From NCBI GenBank assembly GCA_963836205.1, contig CAWIIV010000006.1, positions 416,001 to 480,000 of the forward strand: 64,000 nt of DNA. The letters run 5' to 3'. The first letter of the stretch is position 1. Every line of letters starts with the position of its first letter. This DNA is from an uncultured Acidimicrobiia bacterium (GTDB lineage Bacteria; Actinomycetota; Acidimicrobiia; Acidimicrobiales; AC-14). Both the position numbers and the translations under genes were made by a program. The notes under the pieces are model-generated. The model ran no database searches, was not told where the DNA came from, and worked only from the letters and a program-made list of their open reading frames with translations. Positions 1 through 7,176 of this stretch are shown piece by piece.

Positions 1-524
1 GGGCCGTCGCCGCCGCCACCAGCCTGCCCGTCCTGATCTACGACATCCCCGTCCGCACCGGGCGCAAGGTGTCCCACGACGTGCTCCTCCGCCTCGCCAC
101 CGACGTCCCCAACATCGTCGGGGTCAAGGACGCCGCCTCCGACGTGGCCGCCTCCGCCCGCCTGGTGGTGGCCACGCCCGAGCGCTTCGAGCTCTACAGC
201 GGCAACGACGACCTCACCCTCGCCCTCCTGGCGGTGGGCGCGGTAGGCGTGGTCGGCGTCGCCACCCACTGGGCCGGGCCCCAGATGTCGGAAATGATCA
301 CGGCCTTCGCCAAGGGAGACACCCAGCGGGCCCGGGAGGTCAACGCCACCTTGTTCGAGTCCTTCGCCTTCGAGTCGTCCGACGCCGCGCCCAACCCCAT
401 CCCGTCCAAGGCCATGATGCGGGTGCTCGGCCTCGCGGTCGGCGAGTGCCGGTTGCCGATGGGCCCGGCCCCGGCCGGCGTCGACGACCATGCCCGCCGG
501 GTGCTGGCCGGTCTGAGCCGTTGA
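1..524 (+). CDS. dapA: 4-hydroxy-tetrahydrodipicolinate synthase (5' truncated by window)
   Basis: IYDIPVRTG, NIVGVKDA (Schiff-base Lys), YSGND and NPIPSK motifs; directly upstream of rnj as usual in actinobacteria. Confidence 0.93.
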   Translation, partial: AVAAATSLPVLIYDIPVRTGRKVSHDVLLRLATDVPNIVGVKDAASDVAASARLVVATPERFELYSGNDDLTLALLAVGAVGVVGVATHWAGPQMSEMITAFAKGDTQRAREVNATLFESFAFESSDAAPNPIPSKAMMRVLGLAVGECRLPMGPAPAGVDDHARRVLAGLSR

Positions 525-2200
525 CCGCTCCCGTCCGGCCCGTTCCCCCGGTCAGAATCGTCTTCCTCGGGGGGCTGGGGGAGATCGGTCGCAACTGCGC
601 CATCGTCGAGCAGGACGACCGCCTCATGATCCTCGACTGCGGGTTGATGTTCCCCGACGCGGAGATGCTCGGCGTCGACCTGGTCCTGCCCGACTTCACC
701 TGGCTGCGGGAGAACGCCCACCGGGTCGAGGCCTGCATCATCACCCACGGCCACGAGGACCACATGGGCGGCCTGTCCTACCTGCTGCGCGACCTGTCGT
801 TCCCGATCTACGGGTCGCACCTCACCCTGGGCCTGGCCCGGAACCGCATCGAGGAAGCGGGGCTCCTCCACCGCACCGAGCTCATCCCCGTGGTCGACGG
901 CGAGCGGCGGCGGATCGGCCCCTTCGACTGCGAGTTCATCCCCGTCACCCACTCGGTGCCCCACGGCTTCGCCACCGCCTTCCACACCCCCCAGGGCGTG
1001 ATCCTGCACTCGGGCGACTTCAAGATCGACCTCACGCCCGTCGACGGCCGCTGCACCGACCTGGCCCGCATCGGCGCCCTGGCCGCCGGCCCCGGCATCC
1101 GCCTGCTGCTGGCCGACTCCACCAACGCCGAGGAGCCGGGCCACACCGCCACCGAGAGCTCGGTGGGCAAGGTCCTGCGCACCCTGTTCGCGGAGCACAC
1201 CGACAAGCGGGTCATCACCGCCTGCTTCGCCAGCCACATCCACCGGGTGCAGCAGATCGCCGACGCGGCCGTGGCCAACGGCCGGGTGGTGGCCACCCTG
1301 GGCCGGTCGATGGCCAAGAACGTGGCCCTCGCCCGCCAGATGGGCCTGCTCACCATCCCAGACGACTCCCTGGTCGACATCGAGCGCATCGGCGACCACG
1401 ACCCCCGCCGGGTGTGCGTGATCTCCACCGGCTCCCAGGGCGAGCCCATGTCGGCCCTGTCCCTCATGGCCGCGGGCGAGAACAAGTGGCTCAAGGTGGG
1501 CGACGGCGACGTGATCATCATCAGCGCCCACGCCATCCCCGGCAACGAGTACAGCGTGAACAAGGTGATCGACGGCCTCTACCGCCTGGGAGCGGAAGTG
1601 GTGCACTCGGGGCTGGCCGACGTCCACGTCACCGGCCACGCCAAGAGCGAGGAGCTCAAGACCCTCCTCAGCCTGGCCAAGCCGGCCGCCTTCATCCCCG
1701 TCCACGGCGAGTTCCGCCACCTCACCCACCACGCCCGCCTGGCCATCGAGATGGGCGTGGCCGAGCACAACGTGCTCCTGGCCGAGGACGGCGACGTCAT
1801 CCAACTGTCCGACGAGGGCATCGACTTCGTCGACTCCGTCCCCGCCGGCTACCTCTACGTCGACGGCATCGTGGGCGACGTCGGCCACGGGGTGCTCCGC
1901 GACCGCCGGGTGCTCTCGGAGGAGGGCGTGATCGTGGTGGTGGTCACCGTCGACGTCAAGAGCGGCGAACTGCTGGCCCGCCCCGAGATCATCACCAAGG
2001 GTTGGGTCTTCGCCCCCGAGGCCGAGGCCCTCCTGGAAGAAGCCCGCCAGCGGGTGGTGGAAACGCTCGCCCAGGCGGCCAGCGAGGGCGCCTCCGACAT
2101 CGAGACGCTCAAGCGCCACGTGCGCCAGGCGGTGGGACGGTTCGTCAACGAAAAGACCAGGCGGCGACCTATGATCGTCCCCGTGGTGATGGAGGCCTGA
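521..2200 (+). CDS. rnj: Ribonuclease J
   Basis: LGGLGEIGRN, THGHEDHMGG, HSGDFK and HVTGHA metallo-beta-lactamase/beta-CASP motifs; TTG start overlaps the dapA stop. Confidence 0.95.
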   Translation: MTAPVRPVPPVRIVFLGGLGEIGRNCAIVEQDDRLMILDCGLMFPDAEMLGVDLVLPDFTWLRENAHRVEACIITHGHEDHMGGLSYLLRDLSFPIYGSHLTLGLARNRIEEAGLLHRTELIPVVDGERRRIGPFDCEFIPVTHSVPHGFATAFHTPQGVILHSGDFKIDLTPVDGRCTDLARIGALAAGPGIRLLLADSTNAEEPGHTATESSVGKVLRTLFAEHTDKRVITACFASHIHRVQQIADAAVANGRVVATLGRSMAKNVALARQMGLLTIPDDSLVDIERIGDHDPRRVCVISTGSQGEPMSALSLMAAGENKWLKVGDGDVIIISAHAIPGNEYSVNKVIDGLYRLGAEVVHSGLADVHVTGHAKSEELKTLLSLAKPAAFIPVHGEFRHLTHHARLAIEMGVAEHNVLLAEDGDVIQLSDEGIDFVDSVPAGYLYVDGIVGDVGHGVLRDRRVLSEEGVIVVVVTVDVKSGELLARPEIITKGWVFAPEAEALLEEARQRVVETLAQAASEGASDIETLKRHVRQAVGRFVNEKTRRRPMIVPVVMEA

Positions 2201-2550
2201 TGTCCGACTCCCCCCTGTCTGACTCCCCCCTGTCTGACTCGCCGATGAGTGGCGGGCCGATGACGAAGGACGAACTGTCCGACACGCTGCGGGCGATGGC
2301 TCCCGACGAGGGGGAGACGCTCTACATCGAGCGCCGGGGCGACGACTACGCCTGGTCCGAGGGCAACGGCCTGGAGAACGCGGCCACCCTCCCCGACGCC
2401 TGGATCTCCTACACCGGGCGCTGGCCGGCCCACGACGCCGAGAAGTGGCGGGAGTTCTTCGCCGACCTCATCGCCGAGCTGGAGTCGATGACCGGCAACG
2501 CCGACCGCTGCCGCTGGCCCCTCGACGACCCCTGGAGCCACCACCACTGA
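2200..2550 (+). CDS. Hypothetical protein (~116 aa) with N-terminal SDSPL repeats
   Basis: ATG overlaps the rnj stop; high-GC3 codon usage; true start may be the later MTKDELS. Confidence 0.65.
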   Translation: MSDSPLSDSPLSDSPMSGGPMTKDELSDTLRAMAPDEGETLYIERRGDDYAWSEGNGLENAATLPDAWISYTGRWPAHDAEKWREFFADLIAELESMTGNADRCRWPLDDPWSHHH

Positions 2551-2732
2551 GTGATCGGGGGAAGGGCGGGCCTTCCCCCCGAACCCCCTCCCGGGGTGCC
2601 GGCCCGGCGGCCGGCGGGGGGCCATCCGAAGCGGCCGCCTGCGGCGGCGTGGGCGGCCGGCTGGGAAAACCTTGAACCACCAGGGCGCGAAGGTGCTGGT
2701 GGGCGGGTTGTTTCGGCGGGGACAGGTCTCCC

Positions 2733-2761
2733 TTGCCGGGTTGGGGGCTTGTAGATACACT
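2733..2761 (+). promoter_or_regulatory. Putative sigma-A promoter of the three-gene membrane microprotein operon
   Basis: TTGCCG-17 nt-TACACT, followed by GGAGG and a TTG start at 2794. Confidence 0.5.
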
Positions 2762-2793
2762 GCCCGCACACAGCAGCCCGGGGGAGGCCAATA

Positions 2794-3048
2794 TTGGAAG
2801 CTGACAGTCTGGCAGGTTGGTACGTCGGCTACGTCATAGCAGCCGTCGTAATCGTTTTGGTGGTTGCTCTCGTGGCCATCATCCTGTCTCTCGTACGGCG
2901 CATCGGGCAGCAGGCCGGAGCGGTCGTCGACGTGCTCGACGATGTCCGCAAGAACACGACGTCGATTCCGGCAGTCGCCACGCTCAACCAGGCGCTGCTC
3001 TCCGTCGTCAACCACGCCGCTACCGCCCGTAAGGCCCTAGGAGGCTAA
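2794..3048 (+). CDS. Single-pass membrane/coiled-coil microprotein 1 (HylTM-like)
   Basis: GGAGG RBS; hydrophobic helix YVIAAVVIVLVVALVAIILSLV followed by an amphipathic helix. Confidence 0.8.
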   Translation: MEADSLAGWYVGYVIAAVVIVLVVALVAIILSLVRRIGQQAGAVVDVLDDVRKNTTSIPAVATLNQALLSVVNHAATARKALGG

Positions 3049-3050
3049 GA

Positions 3051-3326
3051 ATGGTTTTCGGACTCGCATCGGAACACGAGCTGTTCTGGTGGATCACGTT
3101 GGGCCTGGGGGCGGTCGTCATCTCGGCCGTGATCCTGCTCCTGTTCCTGCTCCTCCAGTACGTGAAGGACGTCGGCCGCGGTGTCCAGGCCATCTGGGAC
3201 ATGGCCAGCCGGGTCGCGGCCCAGACGGTGTGCACCTGGATGCTCCCGACCACGGTCGAGATGTGCAAGGCCCTCCGCGAGGAGCTCGGCCTCCACGTCA
3301 AGCTGCTCACGCCGGCCGGAAAGTAG
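3051..3326 (+). CDS. Single-pass membrane/coiled-coil microprotein 2 (HylTM-like)
   Basis: GGAGG RBS; TM helix WWITLGLGAVVISAVILLLFLLL followed by an amphipathic helix. Confidence 0.8.
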   Translation: MVFGLASEHELFWWITLGLGAVVISAVILLLFLLLQYVKDVGRGVQAIWDMASRVAAQTVCTWMLPTTVEMCKALREELGLHVKLLTPAGK

Positions 3327-3338
3327 GGGGAGACTGAC

Positions 3339-3596
3339 ATGATCGCTCTGCAAGTCGTACTTACCTGCGTCGAGATCGTTCTCCTCGCCGGCGTCCTCGT
3401 CTACTTCCTCCGGGCCATCGACGCCCAGCTGGTGGGCGTCGTCGACAACCTGGTCAAGATCTCCAAGGGCGTGAAGGCGGTCGAGGACCACTGCGCCATC
3501 ATCGGCCCAGGTGCCGACCAGGTGAACCGCATCCTCGGCGAGGCCGCTGGTGGCCTCACCCAGGCGTGCGTGCTGGCCGAGGGCCTCAGCGCCTAA
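3339..3596 (+). CDS. Single-pass membrane/coiled-coil microprotein 3 (HylTM-like)
   Basis: GGAG RBS; TM helix VVLTCVEIVLLAGVLVYFL followed by a heptad helix. Confidence 0.8.
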   Translation: MIALQVVLTCVEIVLLAGVLVYFLRAIDAQLVGVVDNLVKISKGVKAVEDHCAIIGPGADQVNRILGEAAGGLTQACVLAEGLSA

Positions 3597-3667
3597 AGCC
3601 ACAACCCATCGAAGGGGACTCGTTCCCCGGACAAGAGCGGCGCCGGTTCTCCGGCGCCGCTCTTGCC

Positions 3668-3714
3668 TTTCAGGACCGGCTGCTTTTCAGGACCGGCTGC
3701 TTTTCAGGACCGGC
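3668..3714. repeat. 17-bp tandem repeat x~3 (ttttcaggaccggctgc)
   Basis: Direct repeat visible; duplicates the 3' end of the convergent minus-strand gene. Confidence 0.85.
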
Positions 3715-4261
3715 GGAGGGCCAGGACGAGGGCCCCGGCCGCCAACACCGCCGTCCCGACGTCGGAGAGGGTGCCTCCGAGCACGAAGCCGAGGGAGTCG
3801 TCGGCGTCGGCGGCGATCATGACGTCGACCACCACGACGGCCGCGCCCACCGCCACCAGCCAGCCCGCGGCCACGCCCACCATGAGCCGGGCCGTGGCCG
3901 CCAGGGCGGCCGAGCCCGCGGCCAGCACCGCGCCCACTGCCAGGGCGGCTCCCACCGCGATCCCTCCCCCACCTCCACCGGCGAAGGAGAAGCCGCTGAG
4001 GCCGACGATCTTGGCCCGCAGCTTCCAGGAGTCGTCGTCCCCTGAGATCCCGTCGAGGGTGAGGCCGGAGATCAGGGCTCCGGCCAGCACCAGCAGGCAG
4101 GCGGTGGCGATCACCAACGCCACCGTGGGGTTGGCGTCACGGCCGGAGGCGCCGCCCGCAGGTCGGTCGGGCGACCAGGGTTGATAGGTGCCGCTCACGC
4201 CGGGCTCCTTCGTCGGGAGGTAGAGGCCCGCGGAGTGTGACACAGCGGCAGCGGCCGACAC
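3704..4261 (-). CDS. Hypothetical multi-pass membrane protein
   Basis: About four Ala/Val/Leu-rich hydrophobic segments; start uncertain. Confidence 0.6.
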   Translation of the reverse strand: MSAAAAVSHSAGLYLPTKEPGVSGTYQPWSPDRPAGGASGRDANPTVALVIATACLLVLAGALISGLTLDGISGDDDSWKLRAKIVGLSGFSFAGGGGGGIAVGAALAVGAVLAAGSAALAATARLMVGVAAGWLVAVGAAVVVVDVMIAADADDSLGFVLGGTLSDVGTAVLAAGALVLALRRS

Positions 4262-4482
4262 GCGGGGCCGGCGCCCCCCAACTACCAGAACGGTCCCCGG
4301 CGCCGCGCCAGAGGGCTCTCAGAGGGCCGTGGCGGGCCGTGGCGGGGCCGGGCCGAGAGGTACGGGCTCGCCGGCGCCGTTCTCCCGTTTGGACCCGGAC
4401 GCGCCACTGCGCCGAGCGTCGGCTCGGCGCAGCAAGGTGGACCGAAGGCCGCGGCCGCCAGCGGGGATGAACGCCAACGACG

Positions 4483-4528
4483 AATGCCCGTCCCGCGTGC
4501 CGGCGATCCGGCACCCGGGACGGGCATT
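4483..4528 (-). terminator. Long GC-rich hairpin downstream of the minus-strand operon
   Basis: aatgcccgtcccg-c-gtgccgg / ccggcac-c-cgggacgggcatt inverted repeat 15 nt after the stop at 4544. Confidence 0.65.
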
Positions 4529-4543
4529 TCGCCCGGTCAGGCT

Positions 4544-4957
4544 TTAGCGACCCTTGGCGCGGGCGACAGCCGCGGCCATCTTGGACGCACCCGGGGCGAC
4601 AGACCCGGAGGCCGGAGCCGCCGCTGCGCCGCGGGGTCGAGCAGCACCGCGGGCCGGGGCCGGGGGCGGGGCCTTGTGCGGGGACGGCTTGCCGGCGGCC
4701 TTGGCCGCAAGCGCCGCGCCGACGAGCTCGAGGAGGCCCTCGAGGTCGTCGTCGATACCCAGCACGTCACCGGCGATTCCACCGACGACCCGGTTGACGG
4801 GGTCGGTCTGGCGCTTGATGTTCTGCACCGCCTCGACGATGGTGTCGAGGGCGGAGGTGACGACCTTCAGGCCAGCGGCGATCGCAATGAGGTGGTAGGC
4901 GATGGCCAGAACGATCACGGCGACCACGATCAGCGTGGCCACAGTTTCGGGTCCCAT
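4544..4957 (-). CDS. Single-pass membrane/coiled-coil microprotein 5 (HylTM-like) with Ala/Pro/Lys tail
   Basis: AAGGAG RBS; TM helix VATLIVVAVIVLAIAYHLIAI; helix IKRQTDPVNRVVGGI. Confidence 0.8.
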   Translation of the reverse strand: MGPETVATLIVVAVIVLAIAYHLIAIAAGLKVVTSALDTIVEAVQNIKRQTDPVNRVVGGIAGDVLGIDDDLEGLLELVGAALAAKAAGKPSPHKAPPPAPARGAARPRGAAAAPASGSVAPGASKMAAAVARAKGR

Positions 4958-5002
4958 GGAACTCCTTCTTGTTCTCGGGTTGCCGGGTAACTACAGAGAG
5001 GG

Positions 5003-5251
5003 CTACAGCGCCCGGAGCAGGGCCGCGCCGTACCTGCCCACCAAGCGGCGGGCCGCAGTGGACAACTCGTTGGTCTTGACCAGCTTGGGCACCGCGTCGA
5101 GCCGCCGGCTGATGCCGCCCGCACCGGAGATGATCTCGCCGGCCAGCCCCTGGATCGTCTTGATGCGCCCCAGAACGCTTGCCGCGCTCTTCGCCACTAC
5201 CAGACCGGCAAGCAACATGACGACGATGCCCACCCACCACAAAACAACCAT
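5003..5251 (-). CDS. Single-pass membrane/coiled-coil microprotein 4 (HylTM-like)
   Basis: AAGGT RBS; TM helix LWWVGIVVMLLAGLVV; helix LDAVPKLVKTNEL. Confidence 0.8.
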   Translation of the reverse strand: MVVLWWVGIVVMLLAGLVVAKSAASVLGRIKTIQGLAGEIISGAGGISRRLDAVPKLVKTNELSTAARRLVGRYGAALLRAL

Positions 5252-5479
5252 CTACCTTTCCCCCTTGTCTCGGTCCACGGCCGGATTCCGTCGGCGCCGG
5301 CTCTGATCCTGGGATCAGACGGTGCCGCCGAAGCGGCCCTGCTGTACCTCATCTGCCGGCCGTCTCCCGGAGGAGCCAGCCGGTACCACGTCGACCTTCG
5401 CCCCGCTGTTCGCGGCGGATGCAGGGAGGACGGTAGACGGCCCGAGCCACACGTGTCGAGTGGCAAACGCAAAGTCACC

Positions 5480-5600
5480 CCCACGACCCTGCAACCGACC
5501 CCGAAAACCTGGACCGGAGGCCCCGAAAACCTGCCACTGAGGCCCGGAAACCTGCACCTGAACCCAGGAAACCTGCACCTGAACCCAGGAAAGCAGAGGG
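5480..5600. repeat. Degenerate ~21-bp tandem array with AAACCTG core
   Basis: Core starts at 5505, 5527, 5548, 5569 and (variant) 5590; two exact copies of ggaaacctgcacctgaaccca. Confidence 0.75.
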
Positions 5601-5710
5601 GGCCGGCCCCGCGGCCGACCCCTTCCCGTGCAATCTTCCATCGGCGAGCCCACGTGCGCCGTGACTCCCAGGGGCGCCGACCTCGCTCAACTCAAGCCGC
5701 CGGGTTCAAC

Positions 5711-5923
5711 TCACGCGCGCCGGAGGCCCTCGAGGGCGCCCCTGCCGGACTTCAACAGCTGGCTGGCCATGGGGATGGCGCCGTTCATGGCACCGCTGAG
5801 GGCCTTGGTGACCTCGCCCGACGAGGCCATGCCGGTGACGGCCCGCTTCACGTTGCCCAGGCTCTCAGAGCCGGACTTGGCGCCGACGAACCAGCCGACG
5901 GCAACCCCGATCAGAACGCCCAT
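5711..5923 (-). CDS. Small membrane-anchored protein (70 aa)
   Basis: GGAGG RBS, start overlaps the hypC end; N-terminal GVLIGVAVGWFVGAK anchor. Confidence 0.7.
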   Translation of the reverse strand: MGVLIGVAVGWFVGAKSGSESLGNVKRAVTGMASSGEVTKALSGAMNGAIPMASQLLKSGRGALEGLRRA

Positions 5924-6204
5924 TTCGAAACCTCCGAAGGTTCGTCGAATCCATCGAACTCGTCTTGGGCGTCGTCAGACGGCCCCCGCATCATCACCAG
6001 GCCACGCATGGCGTTCTCAGCTTCGGCGGCGTCGATCTTCTGCATGGCGAAGCCGACGTGGATGAGGACCCACTCGCCCGGCACGACGCCGCCCTCGATG
6101 AGGCCGGTGTTGACGTTGCGCTTCTCCCCCATGACGTCGATCGTCGCCAGGTCAGAGTGCTCTGGCACCAGCTCGACAACCTTCCCGGGAATCCCGAGGC
6201 ACAT
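5911..6204 (-). CDS. hypC: HypC/HybG/HupF hydrogenase maturation chaperone
   Basis: MCLGIPGKV N-terminus and VLIHVGFAM motif; AAGGAGG RBS. Confidence 0.93.
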   Translation of the reverse strand: MCLGIPGKVVELVPEHSDLATIDVMGEKRNVNTGLIEGGVVPGEWVLIHVGFAMQKIDAAEAENAMRGLVMMRGPSDDAQDEFDGFDEPSEVSKWAF

Positions 6205-6285
6205 CGTGGTTCCTCCTTCACGGGCTCGGTGCGATGACGCGGTGCGACGCCAACGCAGTTCCCAAGCCCCAGCGACGAAACGACC

Positions 6286-6359
6286 CCGACATCGTCCAAG
6301 TCAGTGTCGACTTCGGTCGGTGAGGATCGATCATCCCCACCGACCGCAGACGATGTCGG
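6286..6359 (-). other. Predicted three-way-junction RNA structure upstream of hypC
   Basis: Nested inverted repeats of 11 bp, 14 bp (one G-U on the minus-strand RNA) and 5 bp. Confidence 0.45.
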
Positions 6360-6405
6360 CAACAGCACCGGTACGCAGGCGACTCACGTCCCCCGCGTAC
6401 CCCAC

Positions 6406-6525
6406 TCACATGTGACGAATACGGCGGTACCGGTTCATATCCGGGATCGACCGGAGGAACATGAACAGGAATCCGAGAACGAGCAGGGCCAGCACGATAA
6501 GTGCAACGATGCCAACAATGTTCAC
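6406..6525 (-). CDS. 39-aa membrane peptide, DUF6893-like paralog 2 (absent from ORF track)
   Basis: Hand translation: (M)NIVGIVALIVLALLVLGFLFMFLRSIPDMNRYRRIRHM*; C-terminal motif matches the neighbouring peptide. Confidence 0.8.
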   Translation of the reverse strand: MNIVGIVALIVLALLVLGFLFMFLRSIPDMNRYRRIRHM

Positions 6526-6531
6526 GTCAGC

Positions 6532-6636
6532 TCACATCTCCCGAATCTTGAGGTAGCGCTGGATGTCGGGGAGGGAGTTGACGACCATCCCTGCCACCAC
6601 TGCCACGACCAGGCTCTTTACCAACTTACCGAGCAT
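6532..6636 (-). CDS. 34-aa membrane peptide, DUF6893-like paralog 1
   Basis: MLGKLVKSLVVAVVAGMVVNSLPDIQRYLKIREM; AAGGAG RBS; motif recalled from group 1h hydrogenase clusters. Confidence 0.8.
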   Translation of the reverse strand: MLGKLVKSLVVAVVAGMVVNSLPDIQRYLKIREM

Positions 6637-6637
6637 T

Positions 6638-7138
6638 TCAGCTCTCCTTTCCGGCAACAAGTGCCGACATCTCTTGCTGGAGCAGTTCTCCCACCACCTG
6701 TACCGCCTTGTCAACAGCCACCGCTACTGCCGGAGAGAGACCCATTCGCTCCTCCAGCTCGGCTGGTTCACAACCGACCACCAACAGCCGCCTGACCTCT
6801 CCACCGAGGTCGGCGAGCAAAGCCAACACTGCCAACGGATGCATCTCGTGTGCATCGACATCAACCTCGTCTCGATCGAAATCGAGGTCGGGCTCGAAAA
6901 GATACACCGTACCGGGCTCGTCGCCCCGGGGAAGTGCGTCGAGCAGGATTACCAGGTCGTAGTCGTTGTCCCGCAGGTCGTAGGCCAGGTGGAGGCCCCG
7001 TATCCCGTAGTCGATGACTGACACCCCTTCGGGCACCGGTTCGTGACTCAACCGCAGCGCCAGCTCGACGCCGAAGGCGTCGTCGGCCAGGAAGATGTTG
7101 CCGATACCGGCAACGAGGATGTTGGGTCGGGCCGTCAC
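6638..7138 (-). CDS. Hydrogenase maturation protease (HupD/HyaD family)
   Basis: ILVAGIGNIFLADDAFG, DYGIRGLHLAYDL, DAHEMHP and VVGCEP motifs. Confidence 0.9.
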   Translation of the reverse strand: MTARPNILVAGIGNIFLADDAFGVELALRLSHEPVPEGVSVIDYGIRGLHLAYDLRDNDYDLVILLDALPRGDEPGTVYLFEPDLDFDRDEVDVDAHEMHPLAVLALLADLGGEVRRLLVVGCEPAELEERMGLSPAVAVAVDKAVQVVGELLQQEMSALVAGKES

Positions 7139-7141
7139 CGT

Positions 7142-7176
7142 GCACTCATTGGGACAGGCGCACTCATTGGGACAGG
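7142..7176. repeat. 17-bp direct repeat x2 (18-bp period)
   Basis: gcactcattgggacagg at 7142 and 7160, duplicating the stop region of the upstream gene. Confidence 0.8.
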
